A stretch of 64,000 nucleotides of DNA from a virus: the IMG/VR virus record IMGVR_UViG_3300032293_001631, positions 1 through 64,000 of that record. The stretch is one strand, 5' to 3'. The position numbers and the translations under genes were made by a program. Below are positions 8,988 through 18,331 of this stretch, piece by piece. Numbering within the stretch: position 1 is the stretch's first letter; each line of letters begins with the position of its first letter. The notes below the pieces were generated by a model. It worked only from the letters and a program-made list of their open reading frames with translations. It searched no databases and was not told the origin of the DNA.

Positions 8988-9634
8988 GAAAGGTAATGGT
9001 AGGTATACCCGTATTAAATGGGAACGATTGGGTTAAAAAGTGTGTGGATTCAACTTATCCGCAGGCTGATGATTTTCTCATAATAGACAATGGTGCGGAT
9101 CGTGAGGGTAAAATCATTATAGAGCCATATAAGAAAATAGTAAACGAAAAAAACATATACGTAAATCCAGCTTGGAATCAGATTATGAAAGCTTTTCTAG
9201 AATCTGACAACGATTACCTTATAATCCAAAACTCTGATCTTATTTTAGGTGCTTCTGCAATTAATGAAATAAGAAAAATTGACATAGCAAAAGATAAAAC
9301 CAATATAATAGCTCATCAGGTGGATGAATTTTCAAATAACCCATCGGAAGAAATTATAGATTTGGGCGACGGGGTTCCTGGTATTATGATAATAATGGAC
9401 AAAGAGATGTGTAAGATGGTTTATCCCATACCAGAAGATCTAAAACTTTGGTATGGTGATAATTGGATCTACTGCAGATTACAAAAAAACGGGTACAAAT
9501 TTATACTTCATAAATCTATAGAAGTTAAGCACGGATTAAGTAAAAGCATAAATTATTTACCAGACCACGAAAAAGGACCAATTATAGATTCGGATAAAAA
9601 TCTATGGGAAACTAAATATAAATATCTAATATAA
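8984..9634 (+). CDS. GT2 family glycosyltransferase
   Basis: VGIPVLN...IIDNGA...VNPAWNQ...IIQNSD...WYGDNW...VKH. Confidence 0.8.
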   Translation: MRKVMVGIPVLNGNDWVKKCVDSTYPQADDFLIIDNGADREGKIIIEPYKKIVNEKNIYVNPAWNQIMKAFLESDNDYLIIQNSDLILGASAINEIRKIDIAKDKTNIIAHQVDEFSNNPSEEIIDLGDGVPGIMIIMDKEMCKMVYPIPEDLKLWYGDNWIYCRLQKNGYKFILHKSIEVKHGLSKSINYLPDHEKGPIIDSDKNLWETKYKYLI

Positions 9635-9643
9635 ATTAAAAAA

Positions 9644-10270
9644 ATGGAAAATTACACTATAATTATACCACACAAGCATACCGAACTAAACGATTTAAGT
9701 TTGGAAATAAATATAAGGATGCTTGAGGAAAATTCAGTAAATAAGGAATATGAGCTTATAATAGCAGACGAAGCTCTAGATCCTTATACATTATGGAATG
9801 TTTATGCTGAAAAAGCAAAATACGACAATCTTGTTTTTTCAAATTCCGATGTTTTAATGGCAAAAGATTGGGATTTACATTTAATAGGTTCTTTATGTGA
9901 TAATTCGATAGTTACTGGATATCTGGTAGAGTGCGGAGTAATAGGTGTTGCTTCACAGAATATACACGCAAATTTTGGAAACGGTCCTAAGGATTTTAGA
10001 AGAGAGGAATTCGAATCCTTTTGCCAAGAGCATAGTAAAAATGTTCCTGATTTTAAATATGAGAGAGGATGGTATATGCCTTGTGCTATTAAAAAATCCT
10101 TATTTATTAAAGAGGGAATGTTTGATACTAGTTTAGGCTTTCCTAATCCTAACGATATAATATTTTGGGAAAAATGTATAGCTGATGGTGTACAATTAAA
10201 AAGAGCAAAAAGCTACGCTTATCATTTCCAGAATTTATCCAATAAAGAGCACGAATATAAAAGAAACTAA
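9644..10270 (+). CDS. GT2-like glycosyltransferase
   Basis: TIIIPH...AKYDNLVFSNSDV...GMFD...NDIIF...AYHF. Confidence 0.7.
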   Translation: MENYTIIIPHKHTELNDLSLEINIRMLEENSVNKEYELIIADEALDPYTLWNVYAEKAKYDNLVFSNSDVLMAKDWDLHLIGSLCDNSIVTGYLVECGVIGVASQNIHANFGNGPKDFRREEFESFCQEHSKNVPDFKYERGWYMPCAIKKSLFIKEGMFDTSLGFPNPNDIIFWEKCIADGVQLKRAKSYAYHFQNLSNKEHEYKRN

Positions 10271-10271
10271 T

Positions 10272-10919
10272 ATGAGCAAAAACGAAAGAGGATTTTATTC
10301 GCAATGGGGACAAGATGAGTTTGTAGTTTCTATACTAAAAAATAAAAGAAATGGATATTTTGTAGATATAGGAGCTTATGATGGGATTACTATTAGTAAC
10401 ACGTATTATCTGGAAAAAGAATTAGGATGGGATGGATTATGTGTAGAAGCAAATCCGTACACATATCAATCCCTGATATCATGTAGGGAAACACAATGTG
10501 TTAATTTAGCAGTTGGTCCTTACGAAAAGGAGGTTGATATTTTATTGAATGGATGGTCTAGCGCAATAGATGATGATTTTACTTCTAGTGAAATATTAGA
10601 TAGTAATTTTCAATCTGTTAAAGTAAAAGCTATTACTGTAAATGATCTTTTAGAAAGATATAAAGTTCCTAAGAATTTTGATTATCTAAGCATTGATATA
10701 GAAGGGGGAGAACTTGATATAATTTCTCAATTTGATTTTAAAACATGGAGATTTTCCTTAATCACATACGAACATAATGCTCATCTTGTTGACCATAAAG
10801 ATTACAACAAGCTCTTAGAAAGACAGAAACAAGTAGAGGAAATTTTATTCTCTAATGGATATGATCTTCATATGAATTTTAACGGCGATGGATTTTTTAT
10901 AGATAAAAAAATTATTTAA
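10272..10919 (+). CDS. FkbM-family SAM-dependent methyltransferase
   Basis: YSQWGQD...FVDIGAYDGITISNT...GLCVEANP...DYLSIDIEGGE...ITYEHN. Confidence 0.9.
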   Translation: MSKNERGFYSQWGQDEFVVSILKNKRNGYFVDIGAYDGITISNTYYLEKELGWDGLCVEANPYTYQSLISCRETQCVNLAVGPYEKEVDILLNGWSSAIDDDFTSSEILDSNFQSVKVKAITVNDLLERYKVPKNFDYLSIDIEGGELDIISQFDFKTWRFSLITYEHNAHLVDHKDYNKLLERQKQVEEILFSNGYDLHMNFNGDGFFIDKKII

Positions 10920-10921
10920 AT

Positions 10922-11551
10922 ATGTATAGTCAATTAGGAGAAGACGATATAATATTAGATTATTATAAGGCCCTTAAAAACGGACATAGCAGCAAACTAT
11001 CTAACAATATTTTAGATGTTGGTGCAAATGACGGATTAACTCTATCTAATACGAGAGAAATTATAAACTTATACCCTGAGATAAAATGCTATTTTGTTGA
11101 ACCAAATCCTATATGTAATAAGAAATTGAAGGAGCTATATGCTAATAGCTCTCATGAGATATATGATTTTGCAATAGGTGATTATAACGGAAGCACACAA
11201 TTATACTGCAACGGAAGCCACATTACGAATAACGATAACGGACTTTTGTCTACTATACTTCCAGACGAGACTAAAAGATGGGGTGAAAATGAGAAATGGG
11301 AATTAGTAGAAGTAGAGGTTAAAAAATATCCTTTTATAGACGTTGATTTTGATTTTATATCAATAGATGCTGAGGGAATGGATGAGATTATACTGAAACA
11401 AATAGATCTAACCAGAACCTATATTATGTGTATAGAATGGAACTCTAATGAGGATACTTTCAACAGTATAAATTCTTATTGCACATCTTTTTCTATGCGC
11501 ATTTTACATCAGAACGGTATTAATTTAATATACGTAAAGGATCCTGAATAA
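10922..11551 (+). CDS. FkbM-family SAM-dependent methyltransferase
   Basis: YSQLGED...LDVGANDGLTLSNT...VEPNP...DFISIDAEGMD...CIEWN. Confidence 0.9.
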   Translation: MYSQLGEDDIILDYYKALKNGHSSKLSNNILDVGANDGLTLSNTREIINLYPEIKCYFVEPNPICNKKLKELYANSSHEIYDFAIGDYNGSTQLYCNGSHITNNDNGLLSTILPDETKRWGENEKWELVEVEVKKYPFIDVDFDFISIDAEGMDEIILKQIDLTRTYIMCIEWNSNEDTFNSINSYCTSFSMRILHQNGINLIYVKDPE

Positions 11552-12351
11552 TGCACGAATTTTTTGATAGATTCATAGAGATCGTATCTGACCCAACAAA
11601 CAAAAAAATATCTAGACACAAAAAAGCAGGCACTATAGAGGGTGGTTATATTTATATGCACAACGGTGTAAAAATATACAGAGATTCTTACTATGGTAGT
11701 TTTAGTGATATTTTCATTATTAACCAAGGAGTGCATGAGCCACAGGAGGAATATATTTTTTCTTTAGTTCTAGATAAGATAAAAAAAATAAATCCAGTAA
11801 CATTAGAACTTGGATCTTATTGGGCTTTTTATTCTCTTTCAATTCTTGAAAAAATACCAGAGGCTAAATGCTTTCTTATAGAACCTGGAGAATTTGAAAT
11901 CTCTTGTGGTATTAGAAATTTTGAACTTAACAAAAAGAAAGGCACGTTTGTAAAAAATAATATAGGGGTAAACGGAATAAATGTAGATTGGTTTCTTAAA
12001 AATAATAATATTGAGCATTTAGATATATTACATTCTGATATACAAGGATATGAAATGGAAATGCTCAAAGGATCTGTTGAATATCTTAGTAATAAAAAGA
12101 TTGATTATATTTTTATTTCAACGCATTCTAATGGATTACATAATGACTGCATAGATTTTTTAGAAAAACACGATTATCATATAATCTGTTCGGTTAATTT
12201 AGATGAAACTTACTGCTGTGACGGTATTATTGTTGCTCAGAGTAAAAATATTGAAATTTTATTGGCGGATTTAGATAAAAAGAATAAGGATCTTCTAATA
12301 AGCAAAGCTGAGCTTCTGGAGATCTTTAATTCTAATGGTATTACTTTATGA
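11551..12351 (+). CDS. FkbM-like SAM-dependent methyltransferase
   Basis: GVHEPQEE...LELGSYWAFYS...IEP...LDILHSDIQGYE...FISTH. Confidence 0.8.
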   Translation: MHEFFDRFIEIVSDPTNKKISRHKKAGTIEGGYIYMHNGVKIYRDSYYGSFSDIFIINQGVHEPQEEYIFSLVLDKIKKINPVTLELGSYWAFYSLSILEKIPEAKCFLIEPGEFEISCGIRNFELNKKKGTFVKNNIGVNGINVDWFLKNNNIEHLDILHSDIQGYEMEMLKGSVEYLSNKKIDYIFISTHSNGLHNDCIDFLEKHDYHIICSVNLDETYCCDGIIVAQSKNIEILLADLDKKNKDLLISKAELLEIFNSNGITL

Positions 12352-13271
12352 AAACGTGTGTTTTAGGATCCGGAGGATTAGTCGGATCGAATCTTTATAA
12401 AAAATACAAGGAAAAATATCCGGAAGCTAATGTGCTTGCACCAAAAAAGTCAGAATTAGATTTAACAAATTGGACGGAAACTCTGAATTATTTTTTAACA
12501 AATAAGCCCGATGTTGTTTTCCTTTGTGCAGCAAAGGTTGGTGGTATAAAAGCAAATAATGATTTTAAAGCATCTTTTATAACTATCAATTTAAAGATAC
12601 AAACTAATGTAATAGAATCATGTCATCTTTCTGGTGTAAAAAAACTGGTTTTTTTAGGATCCTCTTGCATATATCCAAAAAACTCCGAGATACCGATAAA
12701 GGAAGAATATCTACTCTCTGGTCATTTAGAACCAACTAATGATGCTTATGCCATAGCAAAGATCGCTGGAATTAAGATGTGTCAATCCTATAGGCAACAA
12801 TATGATAGGGATTATATCTCAGTTATGCCATCTAATCTTTATGGGCCAGGGGACAATTTCGATCTTAATACTAGTCACGTTCTCCCTGCTCTAATAAGAA
12901 AATTCCATGAGGCTAAAATAGAAAATAACCAGGAGGTTGAAATATGGGGTACAGGAAAGCCCATGAGGGAATTTTTATATGTTGAAGATTTAGCTGATGC
13001 TTTGATATTCTTAGCTGAAAATTATTCGGATGAAAAAATAATAAATGTTGGCGCTGGTGAGGATATATCAATTTCAGATTTAGCAAATATTATATCCGAA
13101 GAAGTAGGATATACAGGAAATATAAGATTTAATACTAATTATCCAGACGGTACGATGCGAAAAGTTATGGATACAACTAGAATAAACGATTTAGGATGGA
13201 GTCCCAAAACTAGCTTACGTGACGGAGTAAGAAAAACATACGAATATTATAAAAATAAATATGGAAATTAG
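12348..13271 (+). CDS. fcl: GDP-L-fucose synthase
   Basis: GSGGLVGS, AAKVGGIKAN, FLGSSCIYPK, YAIAK, MPSNLYGPGDNF, SHVLPALIRKFH, WGTGKPMREFLYV. Confidence 0.96.
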   Translation: MKTCVLGSGGLVGSNLYKKYKEKYPEANVLAPKKSELDLTNWTETLNYFLTNKPDVVFLCAAKVGGIKANNDFKASFITINLKIQTNVIESCHLSGVKKLVFLGSSCIYPKNSEIPIKEEYLLSGHLEPTNDAYAIAKIAGIKMCQSYRQQYDRDYISVMPSNLYGPGDNFDLNTSHVLPALIRKFHEAKIENNQEVEIWGTGKPMREFLYVEDLADALIFLAENYSDEKIINVGAGEDISISDLANIISEEVGYTGNIRFNTNYPDGTMRKVMDTTRINDLGWSPKTSLRDGVRKTYEYYKNKYGN

Positions 13272-14283
13272 AAAATGTATAATTACCGGAATTAACGGAC
13301 AGGATGGGAGTTATCTTGCGGAGCTTCTTCTTGATAAAGGATACGAAGTTCATGGGACAATAAGAAGATCTTCGTCTTTTAATACAAGGAGAATAGACCA
13401 TTTAAGAGATCGTAAAAATTTTCATTGGCACTATGCTGATGTTACTGATCCGGTTTCAATTAGCAACCTCATAGCTAATATTAAACCCGACGAATTTTAC
13501 AATTTAGCAGCTCAGAGTCACGTTAAGATTTCTTTCGAAATACCTTATTATACTGGGCAAGTTGATGCTATAGGAACTTTAAATGTACTAGAAGCGATAA
13601 GAACGCATTCTCCGAATACTAGATTATACCAAGCATCTACTTCGGAACTTTATGGTAAGGTACAGGAAATACCACAATCTGAAAATACTCCTTTTTATCC
13701 TAGAAGCCCATACGGAGTAGCAAAATTATATGGATTCTGGATAGTAAAAAACTATAGGGAAGCTTATAATATATTTGCTTGTAACGGCATTTTATTCAAT
13801 CATACATCTCCTAGAAGGGGGGAAAATTTCGTCGAAAAGAAAATAGTAGATGGATTAGTTGATATCAAAATGGGTAAATCTGATCTGTTAAAACTAGGCA
13901 ATCTAAACTCTTCCCGTGATATAGGACATGCTAAAGAATATGTGGAGGGTATGTGGAGGATGCTTCAGCAGGAATCTCCTAGAGACTTTGTTTTAGCAAC
14001 TGGAGTAACCTATACTATAAAAGAAATAGTAGAGATGACTGCTTCTAAATTAGGCATGGGTCTTATTTTTAGCGGTGAAGGACTAGATGAATCCGGAATA
14101 ATTAAAGAAACTGGTAAAAAAATAATAGAAATTGATTCTAAATATTTCAGGCCATCTGAGGTTGATCTTCTAATCGGAGACGCAAGTGATGCTAAAAATG
14201 TATTAGGGTGGGAACCAAAACTATCTCTATCTGATATAATAGATGAAATGATAGAAGATAAAATTAATTCCTATGGATTATAA
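13261..14283 (+). CDS. gmd: GDP-mannose 4,6-dehydratase
   Basis: ITGINGQDGSYLAE, NLAAQSHV, YQASTSELYG, PFYPRSPYGVAK, NGILFNH, LGNL, RPSEVDLLIGD. Confidence 0.97.
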   Translation: MEIRKCIITGINGQDGSYLAELLLDKGYEVHGTIRRSSSFNTRRIDHLRDRKNFHWHYADVTDPVSISNLIANIKPDEFYNLAAQSHVKISFEIPYYTGQVDAIGTLNVLEAIRTHSPNTRLYQASTSELYGKVQEIPQSENTPFYPRSPYGVAKLYGFWIVKNYREAYNIFACNGILFNHTSPRRGENFVEKKIVDGLVDIKMGKSDLLKLGNLNSSRDIGHAKEYVEGMWRMLQQESPRDFVLATGVTYTIKEIVEMTASKLGMGLIFSGEGLDESGIIKETGKKIIEIDSKYFRPSEVDLLIGDASDAKNVLGWEPKLSLSDIIDEMIEDKINSYGL

Positions 14284-14851
14284 GTCACTCCTTGATAAGG
14301 AAATAGAATACTTAAAAAATATACCTATTGATAGAATAAAAGACGTGGTTAGTCAGATTCATTGGAATCTGAACACTGGTAGGATAATAACATCTGGAAT
14401 GGGAAAAGCAGGGCAAATAGCACACACATTTGCAACAACCCTTTCTTCTACTGGAACACCATCTTTTTTTCTTCATCCAGCAGAGGCACAGCATGGGGAC
14501 TTAGGTATAGTCCAACCGGGAGATGTAGTAATAGTTTTTAGTAATTCTGGAAAGACTAGGGAATTAATCGAGCTTATTGATCTGATTCATAATCTTAAAT
14601 ATGGTAATTACATATACGCCATAGTTGGAACTAAAACCAGTGAGATATCTATAAAATGCGCAGATTATATTGAGTTTGGGCCAGTAGAGGAAATTTGTCC
14701 AATGGGACTAACTCCTACTACTTCAACAACTTGTATGTCTGTTATTTCAGATTTGATTGTCGTGGGATTAATGGAAAAAAATAACTTTAATAAACAAAAA
14801 TACTCAAAACTTCATCATGGTGGATATCTTGGACAGAAATCAAAAAACTAA
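14273..14851 (+). CDS. kdsD: D-arabinose 5-phosphate isomerase, SIS-only (no CBS domains)
   Basis: SGMGKAGQIA, STGTPSFFLHPAEAQHGDLG, SNSGKTRE, TPTTSTT, HHGGYLG; adjacent to kdsA. Confidence 0.88.
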   Translation: MDYKSLLDKEIEYLKNIPIDRIKDVVSQIHWNLNTGRIITSGMGKAGQIAHTFATTLSSTGTPSFFLHPAEAQHGDLGIVQPGDVVIVFSNSGKTRELIELIDLIHNLKYGNYIYAIVGTKTSEISIKCADYIEFGPVEEICPMGLTPTTSTTCMSVISDLIVVGLMEKNNFNKQKYSKLHHGGYLGQKSKN

Positions 14852-15617
14852 AATACTCATAGCGGGTCCTTGTGTTATTCAGAGCTGGGACACTTGTCAA
14901 GAAATTGCTATAGAGCTAAAAAGAATTTGTGATCTTTATAACTTTATTCCAGTTTTTAAAGGAAGCTGGGACAAAGCAAATAGAACGTCTGGTGACAGCT
15001 TTAGAGGGATTGATAAGAATAAAGCTCTTGAGATACTTTTTAGAATAAAAGAAAATATAGGTATTTCAACAATAACGGATGTACACGAAGTTTGTCAAGT
15101 CGAGGAGGTTTCAAAATGTGTTGATTTTTTACAGATACCTGCTTTTTTGTGTAGACAAACAGATCTTATAGAAGCATGTGCAAAATCTGGAAATCCCACC
15201 TTAGTAAAAAAAGGTCAATTCCTTTCTCCTGAGTCTTGCTCTTATATAGAAGATAAATTTTATAAAGCTGGCGGATCCAGAATGATGATATGTGAAAGAG
15301 GAAATTCGTTTGGATATAATGATCTAATAGTAGACACAACATCAATAACTAGATTAAAAAAATCCTGTGAAAAATCCTTAGTTGCTTTGGATTGTACACA
15401 CAGTCTACAGAAGCCAAATGGAATTGGAAAAACTGGGGGTAATTCCCAATTTATAGAGGATATGGTTAAATACGGTGCAGTAATGGGAGCGGATGCTCTA
15501 TTTATAGAAACGCATCCGTATCCACATCTTTCTCCCTCGGATTCTGAGAATATGCTGGAGTTATCTAAAATGGAAGAAATATTAATAAAAGCAAGAAAAA
15601 TATATGATGCAGGATAA
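14817..15617 (+). CDS. kdsA: 3-deoxy-D-manno-octulosonate 8-phosphate (Kdo8P) synthase, metal-dependent type
   Basis: IAGPCVI, KGSWDKANRTS..SFRG, QIPAFLCRQTDL, KKGQF, CERG, DCTHSLQ, FIETHP...SD. Confidence 0.95.
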   Translation: MVDILDRNQKTKILIAGPCVIQSWDTCQEIAIELKRICDLYNFIPVFKGSWDKANRTSGDSFRGIDKNKALEILFRIKENIGISTITDVHEVCQVEEVSKCVDFLQIPAFLCRQTDLIEACAKSGNPTLVKKGQFLSPESCSYIEDKFYKAGGSRMMICERGNSFGYNDLIVDTTSITRLKKSCEKSLVALDCTHSLQKPNGIGKTGGNSQFIEDMVKYGAVMGADALFIETHPYPHLSPSDSENMLELSKMEEILIKARKIYDAG

Positions 15618-16314
15618 AAAATTGGATGTAGTTATAATTAGTTATGCTAAGGATGATTATTGTAAAGATCTAACCACCAACTGTATAATTTCTTTAATGT
15701 CTTCCGAGGACAATCCAGGAGATCTTTTTAATGTTATAGTTGTTGAGTCCGAACCAGGAATAACTTGGGAGCATCTAGCAGAAAATGTAAAAACTTATTC
15801 TGCACCACTTCCCTATGGGTATCACAAATTTCTAAACTTTGGTAGAAAAAAAGGAAATTCCGAATGGGTTGCTTTATGTAATAATGATCTAGAATTTAAA
15901 AGAAATTGGTTTACCAATATATTGGAAGCTTCGGAACAGTTACCAAATTTCATGTCCTTTTCGCCTTTATGTCCAATGACACAACCTCTTTATGGAATAA
16001 ATCAAGATACTGGGTTGATAGAGGGGTATGATATAAGAAAGCAAATATCTGGATGGTGTATAGTTCATAAGAGAGAAATCTATAATATAATAGGGGATCT
16101 TGACGAAAGATTTAGTCATTGGTTTTGTGATAATGATTATGCTATGGAGATAATCGCTAATGGAGTGAGACATGCTCTGGTTACAAAATCTATAGTAGAG
16201 CATCACGATAATAACATAGGAAAGACAACAGAAAGAGTGGTTAAGGATTACGATCTAATGTATAAAATGACTAGCGGATCTTATCCTATTTTTAAAGAAA
16301 AATGGAATTTATAA
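15604..16314 (+). CDS. GT2 family glycosyltransferase
   Basis: DVVIISY...VIVVES...WVALCNNDL...IGDLDERF..WFCDNDY...VEH. Confidence 0.85.
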   Translation: MMQDKKLDVVIISYAKDDYCKDLTTNCIISLMSSEDNPGDLFNVIVVESEPGITWEHLAENVKTYSAPLPYGYHKFLNFGRKKGNSEWVALCNNDLEFKRNWFTNILEASEQLPNFMSFSPLCPMTQPLYGINQDTGLIEGYDIRKQISGWCIVHKREIYNIIGDLDERFSHWFCDNDYAMEIIANGVRHALVTKSIVEHHDNNIGKTTERVVKDYDLMYKMTSGSYPIFKEKWNL

Positions 16315-16324
16315 AAATATCGAT

Positions 16325-16945
16325 ATGAAAAGGTGGGAGATAATTAATACAATAATAGAAAACAAGGGATATAAGAATTATCTAGAAATTGGGGTAAGGG
16401 ACGGAAAATGTTTCAAGGAGATATGTTGCGAAAATAAAATAGGCGTAGATCCTAGTCCAGTTTCAGACCACACCACACATATAATGACTTCCGATTCTTT
16501 TTTTGATAGTATAGATACTGATCAGAAATTCGATATAATTTTTATTGATGGCTTGCATTTAGATTTTCAAGTCGATAAGGATATTGAAAATTCTTTGAGA
16601 CATCTATCAGAGGGAGGTACTATAGTTCTTCATGATTGTAATCCGCCTACTAAATATCACGCGGCGGAGTCCCCTGTTTTTTCTGCTCCTGCCAACGGTG
16701 AGTGGAACGGGACTGTATATCTTTCGTTAATAAAGCTTAGGCTATATAGAAACGATCTTAAGTTAGTTACCGTAGATACTGATTGGGGAGTTGGTATATT
16801 AACTAGGGACATAAGCGAGAGCCTTGATGTTTTTCCTAATCTTGCTATATCCTGGGATTTCTTTTCTGGAAACAAAAATCTTATACTCGATCTAATTTCT
16901 CCTGATGAATTTAAGGAGAGATATTCAATTTATAAAAATGTTTAA
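16325..16945 (+). CDS. Class I SAM-dependent methyltransferase (Methyltransf_24-like)
   Basis: YLEIGV..G, GVDP, FDIIFIDGLH, LSEGGTIVLHDCNP, DWGVG. Confidence 0.88.
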   Translation: MKRWEIINTIIENKGYKNYLEIGVRDGKCFKEICCENKIGVDPSPVSDHTTHIMTSDSFFDSIDTDQKFDIIFIDGLHLDFQVDKDIENSLRHLSEGGTIVLHDCNPPTKYHAAESPVFSAPANGEWNGTVYLSLIKLRLYRNDLKLVTVDTDWGVGILTRDISESLDVFPNLAISWDFFSGNKNLILDLISPDEFKERYSIYKNV

Positions 16946-16946
16946 C

Positions 16947-16974
16947 GAAATTATTTATTAAATCCATGATATAA
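16947..16974 (+). promoter_or_regulatory. Putative second-class promoter GAAATT-N17-TATAA
   Basis: Fills the 37-nt gap before 16983; same spacing as 3145 and 31595. Confidence 0.4.
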
Positions 16975-16982
16975 AAGTTATT

Positions 16983-17246
16983 ATGACTATAGAAAAAGGC
17001 TATAAGCTTATTATTTCTAGGGAAAAAGGAAAAAACTATGTCGAAATAGCTAGACACAAAGATCCACATATGGATAATATACTCATAATAAATAGTTTTG
17101 GAAGTAAAAGATATGAGGATGTTTGGATAATAGAAAAGGATTTACCTTCTTGGCTTTACAGTATAGGGAAAGAGGGTTTTACAAAGATAAAAAAGGAAGA
17201 AGATGCTGAGTCTCCTAAAAAAAATACTAAAAAGAAAAAACAATAA
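16983..17246 (+). CDS. Hypothetical protein (87 aa), basic C-terminus
   Basis: ORF in an operon-like run. Confidence 0.7.
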   Translation: MTIEKGYKLIISREKGKNYVEIARHKDPHMDNILIINSFGSKRYEDVWIIEKDLPSWLYSIGKEGFTKIKKEEDAESPKKNTKKKKQ

Positions 17247-17247
17247 G

Positions 17248-17826
17248 ATGGAAAACATAGAGGAAATAGACATAGAATATCTAGACAATGAACTTAAACC
17301 ATTTCTTTACAAATGGAGTAAAGGAGATAATGCAGGGGATATTTGTGAATATGATAATGTTTTTAAGGATCCTACTACGGGAATTATATGGATAAATTTT
17401 AAGGGAGGGTCAAGAATAAACTATGCTATCCTTAATGAATATATGCTGCAAATAGAACCTTCGTCTATAGTACACAGCGAGCCTATTGTAAAAAACTCAT
17501 TACCAGTTAAAAATGTAATGCTTTCAGAAACTAAAGCAAAAGTTCCAGACTTAGAAAACCCTATAGTTTCCTTGTTACAAAAACAGAAACCCAATTGGGT
17601 TGAGGTTGGTATAAACCTAAAATTAAACCTTCCAACAAAGAATCTTTATAATGTATTGACATCATCTTTTGATGATGCAGAAGATGAAATTATAGAGTTT
17701 GTTGTAAGAGACCTAGACATCGAACTAATAAAAGAGAGTCTAAGGATAAATATAAAGGATATATATAAATCAAATGGAACTTTACGAAAAAGCGGATCAA
17801 ACAGTAATACAAAAAACGAGGAATAG
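17248..17826 (+). CDS. Hypothetical protein (start revised from 17203 to ATG 17248)
   Basis: ATG 17248 lies 1 nt after the upstream stop. Confidence 0.7.
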   Translation: MENIEEIDIEYLDNELKPFLYKWSKGDNAGDICEYDNVFKDPTTGIIWINFKGGSRINYAILNEYMLQIEPSSIVHSEPIVKNSLPVKNVMLSETKAKVPDLENPIVSLLQKQKPNWVEVGINLKLNLPTKNLYNVLTSSFDDAEDEIIEFVVRDLDIELIKESLRINIKDIYKSNGTLRKSGSNSNTKNEE

Positions 17827-18331
17827 GGAGGTCGTTGATATAGACGGACACCTGTTTATCAGACAGATAAATCCTGGTGTTATAATAATGCCATTTACTG
17901 TGGATGATTCTGGTTTCCCTTCTAAAATAGGAATTATATCAGAGGTTCTAGATCAAAGACCTGGTGGAATGGCTAAAACCCTTATTACTGGATCTCAAGA
18001 CGATAAGGATGCTAACATATATCAGACTGCTGTTAGAGAAATGGAAGAGGAGTCTGGGTTTTTAGTTGAAGATCTTAAGAGGTGGAAATTTTTAGGAAGT
18101 CTATACACTTCCAAGATGATAATAAATTCTAATCCTTGTTTTGCTGTCAATATAACTGGACTAGTTTCAGGAGAAAAAAAGACAGACGGATCTAAATCTG
18201 AAAAGGATACCAAATTTGAATTAGTGAGTATACAAGAAGCCCTAGAATTGGAGGATTCCTTAGTTAGTACTCTTTTTATAAAAACATTTAAGGACATTTT
18301 TAATAAAGAAGAAGATGAATCTACCAAATAG
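17774..18331 (+). CDS. Nudix hydrolase
   Basis: ITGSQDDKDANIYQTAVREMEEESGF approximates the Nudix box GX5EX7REUXEEXGU; GATATATA at 17758-17765 upstream. Confidence 0.8.
   Translation: MELYEKADQTVIQKTRNREVVDIDGHLFIRQINPGVIIMPFTVDDSGFPSKIGIISEVLDQRPGGMAKTLITGSQDDKDANIYQTAVREMEEESGFLVEDLKRWKFLGSLYTSKMIINSNPCFAVNITGLVSGEKKTDGSKSEKDTKFELVSIQEALELEDSLVSTLFIKTFKDIFNKEEDESTK

Noticed and set aside
3222-16945. Bacterial O-antigen/capsule locus or chromosomal origin
   Set aside because: There is no flippase, polymerase, ligase or export gene, and the operon is flanked on both sides by phage-type genes with the same compact style.
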